A stretch of DNA of 64,000 nucleotides from an uncultured Lachnospiraceae bacterium. Its GTDB lineage: Bacteria; Bacillota; Clostridia; Lachnospirales; Lachnospiraceae. The notes under the pieces were generated by a model. It did no database searches. It worked only from the letters and a program-made list of their open reading frames with translations, and was not told where the DNA came from. Positions 40,436-49,522 of the stretch are shown piece by piece; the first letter of the stretch is position 1; every line of letters starts with the position of its first letter. The translations under genes and the position numbers were made by a program. The stretch is from NCBI GenBank assembly GCA_902789175.1, contig CADANF010000010.1, forward strand, positions 11,466 through 75,465, written 5' to 3'.

Positions 40436-41500
40436 TTATTTTGATACTTCACATATGATATCAGTGATCATTGTGATAGCGTCTTTAGAAAGATTTTTGT
40501 TCATTGCGCTAAGGTATTTATCTTTGTTTTCGATAACCTCATGGATCGCATTAAGGATCACTTCGTTGGACATATCTTCATCTCTTATTACTTTGCTGTA
40601 TCCACTCTTTTCAAAAGACTGGGCATTGAGGATCTGGTCTCCACGGCTCTGGTTTAATGGAAGAGGAACTAAAATGTTAGGCTTTTTTAACATAAGAAGT
40701 TCGCATATGGCATTTGCACCTGCACGAGAGATGACGATATCGGCTAAGGCAAACATGTGAGGAAGTTCTTCTCCGATATATTCAAACTGAGCGTATCCTG
40801 GAGTGCCATTTACTTCTTCATTGGTCTTTCCTTTACCACAGATATGTATCACATTATATGATTTTGTAAGTTCAGAAAGGCAGCCCCAGATAGCTTTATT
40901 TACACTAAGGGCACCTGTGCTTCCACCTACTATTAAAACAGTAGGACGCTGTTCTTTAAATTTACAGATCTTAAAAGCTTTTTCTTTATCGCCTGAAAGA
41001 AGTTCGGCTCTGATAGGAGTTCCGGTTACTACAGCTTTACCTTCTGGAAGGTGTTCTTTTGTTTCAGGGAAGTTGCAGCATATCTTTGTTGCTTTCGGAA
41101 GAGCAATCTTATTTGCTAGTCCTGGAGTCATATCTGATTCGTGGCATACTACAGGTATATGGCAGTGGTTGGCTGCAAGGACTACAGGAACGCTGGCAAA
41201 TCCGCCTTTTGAAAATACAACATCAGGTTTTATAGATTTCATTAAACCTATTGCTTGTCTGTATCCCTTATAAACTCTGAAAGGATCAGTAAAATTCTTA
41301 AGATCGAAATATCTTCTTAACTTACCTGATGCTATACCATGGTAAGGAATTCCGGTTTTTTCAATAAGATCTTTCTCTATACCGTCGTAGGTTCCAATAT
41401 ATTCTATTTCATACCCAAGTTCCCTAAGCTTAGGTAAAAGTGCGATATTAGGTGTAACATGGCCGGCAGTACCGCCGCCAGTAAGAACGATTTTTTTCAT
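40436..41500 (-). CDS. murG: Undecaprenyl-PP-MurNAc-pentapeptide GlcNAc transferase
   Basis: TGGGTAGH, KGGFAS, GGSTGA, SRAGAN and Q..NA motifs. Confidence 0.96.
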   Translation of the reverse strand: MKKIVLTGGGTAGHVTPNIALLPKLRELGYEIEYIGTYDGIEKDLIEKTGIPYHGIASGKLRRYFDLKNFTDPFRVYKGYRQAIGLMKSIKPDVVFSKGGFASVPVVLAANHCHIPVVCHESDMTPGLANKIALPKATKICCNFPETKEHLPEGKAVVTGTPIRAELLSGDKEKAFKICKFKEQRPTVLIVGGSTGALSVNKAIWGCLSELTKSYNVIHICGKGKTNEEVNGTPGYAQFEYIGEELPHMFALADIVISRAGANAICELLMLKKPNILVPLPLNQSRGDQILNAQSFEKSGYSKVIRDEDMSNEVILNAIHEVIENKDKYLSAMNKNLSKDAITMITDIICEVSK

Positions 41501-41627
41501 GTTGTCCTCCGTTAAAATACTAAGGAAGAGTTTATCATAAAAAGTAAAAATGGAAAAGTGAAAAACATTGAAAGAAATGGCCTGTTTTGTTAAGATAAAA
41601 GGAAATTAACAGTTAAGAGGATGTTTA

Positions 41628-42785
41628 ATGTTAAAAGATGAAATGATCGAACTTATAGCTCCATGTCACTTCGGACTGGAGTCTGTCCTTAAGAAAGAAA
41701 TATTGGATCTTGGATATGAAATAGTAGCAGTAGAAGATGGAAGAGTCACATTTAAGGGAGATATTGGCGCAGTGGCAAGAGCTAATATTTTTCTTAGAAC
41801 AACTGAGAGGGTTCTTATCAAATGTGGCAGCTTCACAGCTCATACATTTGATGATCTGTTTGAAGGGGTAAAGGCTATCCCATGGGAGAAATATCTCCCT
41901 CGTGATGCAAAGTTCTGGGTAACAAAGGCCACCACCAATAAATCAGATCTTTTTAGTGCGTCTGCGATACAGTCAATAGTTAAAAAAGCTATGGTGGACA
42001 GGATGAGCAGCACTTTCCATATCAGAACATTTGCAGAAGACGGGGATGAATATCCTGTCCGTATCTTTATCTTTAAAAATGAGGTTACGGTAGGCCTTGA
42101 TACAACAGGTGTTTCTCTCCATAAGAGAGGATATAGAAAACTGGTTGGTAAGGCTCCTATCTCTGAAACCCTTGCTGCAGCACTTATCATGCTTACACCT
42201 TGGCATCATGACAGGATCCTTGTTGATCCTTTCTGCGGATCAGGTACATTTCCGATTGAGGCCGCACTTATCGGAGCTAATATAGCTCCGGGTATGAATA
42301 GAGAATTCGTATCAGACAAGTGGCAGAAGATGATACCAAAACAGGTTTGGTATGAGGCTTATGACGAGGCAAGAAGCCTTGTTAAAACAGATGTGGACAT
42401 GAATATTCAGGGTTACGATCTGGATCCTGAGATAGTAAAATGTGCTATGCAGAATGCAAGAGATGCTGAAGTTGATAAGTATATCCATTTTCAGCAGAGA
42501 AATGTTAAGGATCTTCATAATCCTCGTCCATATGGATTTATCATTACAAATCCGCCTTATGGTGAAAGACTTGAAGATAAAAAAGATCTTCCTGCCCTGT
42601 ATAGAACTATCGGTGAAAGCTATATGGGACTTAAGGACTGGTCTATGTTTATAATTACTTCCTACGAAGAAGCGGAGAAATATATTGGTAGAAAGGCAGA
42701 TAAGAATAGAAAAATCTATAATGGTATGATCAAGTCTTATTTCTATCAGTTCATGGGAAAGAGGCCGCCTAAGAGGAATAAATAG
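41628..42785 (+). CDS. THUMP-domain RNA methyltransferase (RlmL/YpsC-like)
   Basis: LHKRGYR, DPFCGSGT and TNPPYGERL motifs. Confidence 0.9.
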   Translation: MLKDEMIELIAPCHFGLESVLKKEILDLGYEIVAVEDGRVTFKGDIGAVARANIFLRTTERVLIKCGSFTAHTFDDLFEGVKAIPWEKYLPRDAKFWVTKATTNKSDLFSASAIQSIVKKAMVDRMSSTFHIRTFAEDGDEYPVRIFIFKNEVTVGLDTTGVSLHKRGYRKLVGKAPISETLAAALIMLTPWHHDRILVDPFCGSGTFPIEAALIGANIAPGMNREFVSDKWQKMIPKQVWYEAYDEARSLVKTDVDMNIQGYDLDPEIVKCAMQNARDAEVDKYIHFQQRNVKDLHNPRPYGFIITNPPYGERLEDKKDLPALYRTIGESYMGLKDWSMFIITSYEEAEKYIGRKADKNRKIYNGMIKSYFYQFMGKRPPKRNK

Positions 42786-42850
42786 GAATGCTTTTGGGGA
42801 GAAGGATTCCTGGAGAAGATTTAAGAGGGGATTGTTAAGAGGGGACTAAT

Positions 42851-44557
42851 TTGAAAGCTAGGATAATTTTACTTATTACTGCGTGTTTTGCAGTGGCAGT
42901 TTATGTTACTTGGCCTAAAAGAGCCGCAGGAAGTATTGAGAGAGCTGAAAACTATGAAGTGATAATACAGGATTTTGATGAAAAGTCCTATAAAAGAACG
43001 CTTAATGGTGCCGTTAATTTAGTATATGATGGGACCAATATCAGTAATTACAAATATGATTTTAAGATGACAAAAAGTATGGAGATACTTTTCCCAGATG
43101 ATTTTATGGAAGACGTTATGGGATGCTCTGTCTTAAAATATGACGATGAGAGTATTGTTGTTCTTAGAAGAGACACTCGTATTGAATTTAAGGCTGGTTC
43201 TAACATAGTAAAGATAAATGGTATCGAGACAGAGATAGAAACTGCGATTGAAATTCTCGACTCAGGGCGGATATTTATACCGATAGATGATCTGTCAGCG
43301 GTCCTGGGTTTTGATGTAAGTTACAATTATGAATTAAACTGTATATCAGTTATTAATAAAGATAATAATAATTATCTTCCTGCAAGATATGACATGAGAG
43401 AAGATAAGAGGGTGACACCTGTAAGAGATCAGGGGTTCTATGGAACCTGCTGGGCTTTTGCCTCTCTGGGGGCTTTAGAGACAAGCCTTATGCCATATGA
43501 GGAAAATATCTATTCTGTAGATCACATGACATTAAATAATAGTTATAACCTGGATATAAATGCTGGTGGAGAGCATACCATGAGCATTGCTTATCTTGCC
43601 TCCTGGCAGGGGCCGGTATATGAAAAGGATGATGTTTATGGCGACGAGGAAACAAATGAGGATCTGAAGGCAGTAAAGCATCTGGAAGAAGCTATAATAA
43701 TAAATGAAAGAGATAATCAGACATTAAAAAGTGCTGTATTTAAGTATGGTGGCATAGAGACCTCGCTTTATCTCGGGATGGATTATTACAGCAATTATTC
43801 AAGATATTTCGATGATGATAACCATAGTTATTATTATGATGGCGAGGAAAAACCCAATCATGATGTAGTTATAGTAGGATGGGATGATAATTTCTCCAGG
43901 GATAATTTTTCCATAACCCCTGAGCATGATGGTGCTTTTATATGTAAGAACAGCTGGGGAGCGGGATTTGGTGAAGATGGATATTTCTATGTATCCTATG
44001 ATGATGTTAATATAGGAAATCAGGCTATAGTTTATACAAAACTTGCAGATAGTGATAATTTTGATAATATCTATCAGTCTGACTTGCTGGGCTGGGTAGG
44101 GCAGCTGGGATTTGGCAAGGATTGTGCTTATTTTGCCAATTGTTACACAGCCAAAAAAGATGAGGAGCTAGCTGCTGTATCATTTTATGCTACAGGAAAT
44201 GATGCTTCATTTTCGGTTTATTTTGTGCCGGATTTTGAAAATGTAGATTCCCTGAGAAATAGACAGTATATAGTATCCGGATCAACTAAATATGCTGGAT
44301 ATTATACTGTAAGATTTCCGAAGAAAAAAAGACTTAAAAAAGATGAAAGATATGCTGTAGTAGTGTATATTAATACACCAGGAGATGATAAGCCTATAGC
44401 TATTGAATATAATGCGGATGAAAAAACTGATAAGTTTGATATTTCAGATGGTGAAGGTTATATAAGCCTTTATGGAGAAATCTGGAATAGCGCTGAAGAG
44501 AAAAGCTGTAATGTCTGTCTTAAGACATTTACAGATGATATAAAAGAAGGAGAATAG
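42851..44557 (+). CDS. Papain-like (C1A) cysteine protease with N-terminal stalk (copper-amine-oxidase-N-like) domain and C-terminal lectin-like domain
   Basis: QG..GTCWAF (Cys), NHDVVIVGWDD (His), KNSWG (Asn). N-terminal anchor. Confidence 0.88.
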   Translation: MKARIILLITACFAVAVYVTWPKRAAGSIERAENYEVIIQDFDEKSYKRTLNGAVNLVYDGTNISNYKYDFKMTKSMEILFPDDFMEDVMGCSVLKYDDESIVVLRRDTRIEFKAGSNIVKINGIETEIETAIEILDSGRIFIPIDDLSAVLGFDVSYNYELNCISVINKDNNNYLPARYDMREDKRVTPVRDQGFYGTCWAFASLGALETSLMPYEENIYSVDHMTLNNSYNLDINAGGEHTMSIAYLASWQGPVYEKDDVYGDEETNEDLKAVKHLEEAIIINERDNQTLKSAVFKYGGIETSLYLGMDYYSNYSRYFDDDNHSYYYDGEEKPNHDVVIVGWDDNFSRDNFSITPEHDGAFICKNSWGAGFGEDGYFYVSYDDVNIGNQAIVYTKLADSDNFDNIYQSDLLGWVGQLGFGKDCAYFANCYTAKKDEELAAVSFYATGNDASFSVYFVPDFENVDSLRNRQYIVSGSTKYAGYYTVRFPKKKRLKKDERYAVVVYINTPGDDKPIAIEYNADEKTDKFDISDGEGYISLYGEIWNSAEEKSCNVCLKTFTDDIKEGE

Positions 44558-44558
44558 G

Positions 44559-45140
44559 ATGAAGAGACTTATTTTTGCAACTTCAAATGAAAATAAGATG
44601 AGAGAGATAAGAGCAATATTTGGCGGGCTGGGATATGAGATAGTATCCATGAAGGAAGCGGGTATTGACTGTGATATAGAAGAAGATGGAAAAACATTTG
44701 AAGAGAATGCTCTTATCAAAGCAAGAGCAGTAAATAAGATCTGCCATGAATTAGTCCTTGCGGATGACTCGGGACTTGAGATCGATTATTTAAATAAGGA
44801 ACCGGGCATTTATTCTGCAAGATATTTAGGACATGATACATCCTATGATCTTAAGAATAAGAATCTTATCGAGAGATTAGAGGGGGTTCCTGATGAGAAG
44901 AGAACTGCAAGATTCGTATGTGCTGTAGCGGCAGTATTCCCTGATGGACATGAAGAGGTAAAACGTGAAACTATGGAAGGCCGTATAGGTTATGAAATTG
45001 CAGGAGAAAATGGATTTGGTTATGATCCAATCTTTTTCCTTCCTCAGTATGGCAAAACATCGGCCCAGATCTCGCCAGAAGAAAAGAATGCTATAAGCCA
45101 TAGAGGTAAAGCACTTCGCGCTATTAAGGAAGTATTATAG
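44559..45140 (+). CDS. rdgB: Non-canonical purine NTP pyrophosphatase
   Basis: ATSNENK, ADDSGL, GFGYDP and SHRGKA motifs. Confidence 0.96.
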   Translation: MKRLIFATSNENKMREIRAIFGGLGYEIVSMKEAGIDCDIEEDGKTFEENALIKARAVNKICHELVLADDSGLEIDYLNKEPGIYSARYLGHDTSYDLKNKNLIERLEGVPDEKRTARFVCAVAAVFPDGHEEVKRETMEGRIGYEIAGENGFGYDPIFFLPQYGKTSAQISPEEKNAISHRGKALRAIKEVL

Positions 45141-45164
45141 TAAAAAGCGAAGGACGATTTAAAC

Positions 45165-45665
45165 ATGAAGGCACGTAAGATAATGGTAGTGAGTGACTCC
45201 CACGGTAACACTGAAAATGTGATAAAGGCTATAGAAAAAGAAAAGGATATAGATCTTTTTATTCATTTAGGTGATGTGATAAGAGATGTTCAGACTATAA
45301 AAGGACATCTTAAATGTTCCTCATACTTTGTGGCAGGTAATTGTGATCATAATCCTGAACTTCCCAAAGCATGCAAGATTTTTATAGGAGAAAGAACGGC
45401 TTATCTTTCGCATGGCAACAGATTCTTTGTGGGAGATGGCACGGAATTTTTAGAGTCAGTGGCAAGAGATAATGACTGTGATGTGGTAATGTATGGACAT
45501 ACACATATTCCGGATATAAGAGAAGAAGGATGTTTTGGTGCTATCGTTATCAATCCCGGCAGCATTTCCCAGCCAAGGACTTCTGACAGATTAAAAACCT
45601 ATGTTATTATTAATGTTATGGATGACGGTGAGTGGGACATTCAGTTAAAAAAATTAGATGATTAA
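45165..45665 (+). CDS. YfcE-like metallophosphoesterase
   Basis: SDSH, HLGD, GNCD, SHG, GHTH and NPGS motifs. Confidence 0.92.
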   Translation: MKARKIMVVSDSHGNTENVIKAIEKEKDIDLFIHLGDVIRDVQTIKGHLKCSSYFVAGNCDHNPELPKACKIFIGERTAYLSHGNRFFVGDGTEFLESVARDNDCDVVMYGHTHIPDIREEGCFGAIVINPGSISQPRTSDRLKTYVIINVMDDGEWDIQLKKLDD

Positions 45666-45680
45666 TACCAGAGAGGTAGT

Positions 45681-47174
45681 ATGAAAAAAGGCGATATTAT
45701 TGAAGGCGTGATCACTGATTACAGCTTTCCCAACAGAGGCAGTTTTGCTGCGGAAGATAGAAAAGTGATCGTAAAAAATGCATTTCCCGGTCAAAAGGTA
45801 AGATGCAGGATAGTAAAGAAGAGATCAAGCCATTATGAAGCTGTTACAATGGATGTTTTAGAGGAGTCGCCGATGGAGACTGAAAAGCCCGTCTGCCATC
45901 ATTTCTTTGAGTGCGGAGGATGCACTTATCAGACAATGAAGTATGAGACTCAGTTAAAACTTAAGAGTGACATGATAGAGAAGCTGTTAAGAGAAGTTGT
46001 GACAGATCTTCCGTGGGAAGGGATAGTTGCTTCTCCTTCTCAATATGGATATAGAAACAAGATGGAATTTACCTTTGGAGATCAGGAAAAGGATGGGCCT
46101 ATGACTCTGGGCCTTCACAGGATGAATTCAAATTATGATATCCTGCCTATAAATGGCTGTGCTATAGTTAGAAAGGTCTGGAATGAGATCCTTTCCTATA
46201 CTCAAAAGTTTTACAGGGATAAGAAAGTCAGTTTTTATCATAAAATGAACCATGAAGGAATATTAAGATTTTTAGTGGTAAGGCAGTCTTATTATGATGG
46301 TGGGATCCTGGTCAATCTGGTTACTACAACTAAAAGACAGCTTCCGGATGGAAAGAATGGTGTAGTGACAGATCCTGAAAAAGAAGAATTTGAAAAAAAT
46401 ATGATCCTTCAGGAATTATGTCTGGATGAATATGTAGAAGGGCTTAAGAGGCTGGAAAAAGAAGGGAAGTTTGACAGTCTGGACAGTCACAGTCATCTGG
46501 CAGGAGTTCTTCTTACAGAAAATAATTCACTTTCAGATGCGGTAAAATGTGACTCCATAAAAAAGATCTATGGAGATGATTTTCTTATAGAAGAAGTGTT
46601 AGGACTTAAGTTTAAAGTATCTCCATTTTCATTCTTCCAGACAAATACAAAGGGATGTGAAGTGCTTTACAGTAAGGCAAGAGAATATGTCCTTAGTGTA
46701 TATGAAGATAATGATGCGGCCGAAAAGGGAGAAACAAAAGATATAAAAGCCGGTGTCATTTATGATCTTTATAGTGGAACGGGAACCATAGCTCAACTTA
46801 TGGCACCTATTGCATCTAAGGTATATGGAATTGAGATTGTTGAAGAAGCGGTTGAAGCAGCAAGGGAAAATGCCAAACTGAACAGATTAAAGAATTGTGA
46901 GTTTATAGCGGGAGATGTGCTTGCAAAACTTGATGAGATAGAAGAAAAACCTGATTTTATAATCCTTGATCCGCCGAGAGAGGGATGTACTCCTAAGGCA
47001 CTTGAAAAGATCATAGATTATGGTGTAAAGAATATGGTTTATATAAGCTGTAAACCTACATCCCTAGAGAGAGATCTTATCACTTTACAGGAACGCGGTT
47101 ATAAGGTGGTAAGAGCCTGCTGTATAGATGAATTTCCAAATACACAGCATGTTGTGAAAATGCTTGAAATATAA
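45681..47174 (+). CDS. rlmD: 23S rRNA m5U methyltransferase, 3' end replaced by element sequence (possibly inactive)
   Basis: TRAM domain, 4Fe-4S cysteines, SFFQTN, LDPPR and YISC are present, but it ends ...DEFPNTQHV-VKMLEI* instead of ...HVE. Confidence 0.9.
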   Translation: MKKGDIIEGVITDYSFPNRGSFAAEDRKVIVKNAFPGQKVRCRIVKKRSSHYEAVTMDVLEESPMETEKPVCHHFFECGGCTYQTMKYETQLKLKSDMIEKLLREVVTDLPWEGIVASPSQYGYRNKMEFTFGDQEKDGPMTLGLHRMNSNYDILPINGCAIVRKVWNEILSYTQKFYRDKKVSFYHKMNHEGILRFLVVRQSYYDGGILVNLVTTTKRQLPDGKNGVVTDPEKEEFEKNMILQELCLDEYVEGLKRLEKEGKFDSLDSHSHLAGVLLTENNSLSDAVKCDSIKKIYGDDFLIEEVLGLKFKVSPFSFFQTNTKGCEVLYSKAREYVLSVYEDNDAAEKGETKDIKAGVIYDLYSGTGTIAQLMAPIASKVYGIEIVEEAVEAARENAKLNRLKNCEFIAGDVLAKLDEIEEKPDFIILDPPREGCTPKALEKIIDYGVKNMVYISCKPTSLERDLITLQERGYKVVRACCIDEFPNTQHVVKMLEI

Positions 47175-47192
47175 GGCTTTTTCGGTGTTTTG
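47153..47192 (+). repeat. Left-end repeat, copy 1
   Basis: 40 bp identical to 49353-49392 (TGTGAAAATGCTTGAAATATAAGGCTTTTTCGGTGTTTTG). Looser similarity continues for about 110 bp. Confidence 0.95.
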
Positions 47193-47400
47193 CAAACTGA
47201 TAATTGTACTTCTGAAAAAGCTGCAAAAGACCCATAAATACTTGTGATTTTTATAGTTGAATAGACAGAAGTATTGAGAATAGGTTGGGTAGATAAAAAT
47301 GTTTATTCCTAATATGGATTAAAGCAAGATTGATAATAGGCTAATAATCATATGATATATTTTTATGGACAAGTAGCCTATTTGGGAAGGAGAGGTAGTT

Positions 47401-48321
47401 ATGCCAGGTAAGGTAAGAGTGATACCACCAAGGATAAGTGAACCCGTAAAGCACGTTGTCATCTATGCTCGTGTGAGTTCTAACAGTATGGAACAGCTGG
47501 AAAGTTTAAAGGCACAGATTTCTGGCCTGGTTGGATTTGTATCCGGGCATAATAACTGGAAACTTGTCGATATCCATATAGACATTGCATCCTCTAAAAA
47601 AGGATCTGCCCGTCCTGCATTTCATAAAATGATTGAAGAATGTAGAGCCGGACTTACGGATATCGTTGTAGTAAAGAATATCAGCAGACTGGGCAGGGAT
47701 ACGGTGGAAGTGCTTGATGCAATCAATACTTTAAAAGAAGCAGATGTACGTATTATTTTCAGACAGGAAGAGCTTGATACTTTAACTGTTGGAAGTTCGC
47801 TTTTAATATCTACCATAGAAGCCTGTACACAAGCAGAGAACGAAACACGAAGTGCTAATATTAAATGGGGTATCAAACAAAGAGCCAAGAATGGCAGCTT
47901 AGGCTTTTATCGAAGAAAATGCTATGGATATGATAAAGATAAAAATGGTGAGCTTGTAATCAATGAAGAACAAGCAGTAATCGTTAGACTGATTTTTGAT
48001 TTGTATCTTGGCGGTAAAAGCATATTAGGTATCGTCAAAGAACTTAAAGAGAGAGGCATTAAATCTCCTACAGGAAAAGATAACTGGCCTAAACGTTCAA
48101 TAGAAGAAATGCTGAGTAATGAGAAGTATATAGGTATTGCAGTAGTGAATGTGGATGGCGAAGAAGGTCAGGTTTATAAATTGAACAATTCTCATCCGGC
48201 AATTATTTCAAAAGAAATGTTCGATGTTGTTCAAGAAGAAAAGCTGAAACGCAGTAATTTAGTTGTTGATGAGAATGGAATACACAGAAGTAATAAGAAA
48301 TATAGTTCTGTGAAAAAATAG
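47401..48321 (+). CDS. Serine recombinase (resolvase plus recombinase domains, no obvious Zn ribbon)
   Basis: YARVSS (catalytic Ser), RPAF, SRLGRD, R-x-x-YGY, IISKEMFD. Confidence 0.92.
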   Translation: MPGKVRVIPPRISEPVKHVVIYARVSSNSMEQLESLKAQISGLVGFVSGHNNWKLVDIHIDIASSKKGSARPAFHKMIEECRAGLTDIVVVKNISRLGRDTVEVLDAINTLKEADVRIIFRQEELDTLTVGSSLLISTIEACTQAENETRSANIKWGIKQRAKNGSLGFYRRKCYGYDKDKNGELVINEEQAVIVRLIFDLYLGGKSILGIVKELKERGIKSPTGKDNWPKRSIEEMLSNEKYIGIAVVNVDGEEGQVYKLNNSHPAIISKEMFDVVQEEKLKRSNLVVDENGIHRSNKKYSSVKK

Positions 48322-48425
48322 ATTTTCTTGTTTGTTGGGAATCAATAAAAATATAGTTTATCAAAATTGTAATCAGAGTTTAGAAGAGTGTGGTTGTGCG
48401 AATTATTTGAAAGGAGTGTTTTAGC

Positions 48426-49181
48426 TTGGAAAAATTTAATATTATTGATAACAAACTTACTAATTTAATTCCTATTGTTAATCCAGGCTTAAAAAATGAA
48501 TGTGGCATAAAGGCAGCCATTTTATATAGAATTCTTCCAAGTGTTGAAGTTGATTCATCTGAAATTGTTAGAAAATCATATGAGAAGTTTTATGGAGAGG
48601 ATATTCCCGAATCGGCAGACACGATATTTAATGCTTTTATTCCGTTTTTAGATTTTTGCCGTGCAAAAGAATTGAAATTGAAACTATATGATAAGCAGAG
48701 ACCACAAAAGGATGAACTGGCATTAATTTTTTTGAATTTAGAAAAAATATTTGATGGATATAGTGATCTAAAAGCATTATTTGATAGATTTTTTGATTTA
48801 ATGTACTCTTTTTCAAATTTAATGCCTGCCCCGAAATATTTCAATGGAAGCGATGGAAAGAATGGTAAAGGTACATGGAATCTTAATAAAGATTATCCAT
48901 CTGTTTATTATAAAAATCTAGAAGATAATAACTCTGGTATTTATAAAAGAGAAGAAATGAAACAATGGCTTGATGAGATAATGGATAAATATAGTATTGA
49001 AAATATGTATATGTTGGCTCCTCCGTATCCGATAAAAGAATACTATGGATATAATGATGACAAATTACCTCAATTAATATCGTATATAAAAGCTGCAATC
49101 AGATTGATAGAAGATAGATTTGAACAGGATTTTCAACCAGATAAAGCAATTGGTTCCAACTTGTCAATTCAAAGTGAATAA
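48426..49181 (+). CDS. Hypothetical protein, sole cargo of the mini-element
   Basis: 251-aa AT-rich ORF, TTG start after a GGAG RBS. Contains SNLMPAPKYFN....K. Confidence 0.75.
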   Translation: MEKFNIIDNKLTNLIPIVNPGLKNECGIKAAILYRILPSVEVDSSEIVRKSYEKFYGEDIPESADTIFNAFIPFLDFCRAKELKLKLYDKQRPQKDELALIFLNLEKIFDGYSDLKALFDRFFDLMYSFSNLMPAPKYFNGSDGKNGKGTWNLNKDYPSVYYKNLEDNNSGIYKREEMKQWLDEIMDKYSIENMYMLAPPYPIKEYYGYNDDKLPQLISYIKAAIRLIEDRFEQDFQPDKAIGSNLSIQSE

Positions 49182-49307
49182 TACAAATAGCCTACTTTCA
49201 GCTAGTTTGTAAACTGATTTGGAAACACACGAGAAATACTTTAATACACTGATAGACACAAGACTTCAGAGCTTTTTAGAATCAGAATGTAAATAGCCTA
49301 AGAATTT

Positions 49308-49349
49308 CATGTTGAGTGCGTGGTTCTGTTGACTAAAGTACATAATTGA
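49308..49349 (+). pseudogene. Displaced 3' end of rlmD (HVECVVLLTKVHN*)
   Basis: Translates as the typical RlmD terminal strand including the HVE glutamate. Confidence 0.85.
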
Positions 49350-49522
49350 TAGTGTGAAAATGCTTGAAATATAAGGCTTTTTCGGTGTTTTGAAAGTTGA
49401 AAATCAAGTGCTGAATAAGCAAGAAAAAAACTGGCAAATCTATCTGATTTTTATAGTTGGGTAGATAAGAATATTGAGATTAGGTTGGGCAGACAAAAAT
49501 ATTGAATGGTAGGTGATTCTAA

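Larger units (their letters stand above)
47148..49314. mobile_element. Minimal integrative element in the rlmD 3' end (serine recombinase plus one cargo gene)
   Basis: CATGTTG direct repeats at 47148 and 49308. The displaced rlmD-type tail follows the right repeat. Confidence 0.75.

Noticed and set aside
40332-41273. Antisense ORFs opposite murG (142 aa, 156 aa) and the many 60-140 aa shadow ORFs throughout
   Set aside because: They lie on the opposite strand or in alternate frames of well-supported genes, lack RBS and motifs, and are expected by chance.
42818-42846. Short TTAAGAGGGGA duplication upstream of the protease
   Set aside because: Only two short purine-rich copies that coincide with the RBS region; not distinguishable from chance.
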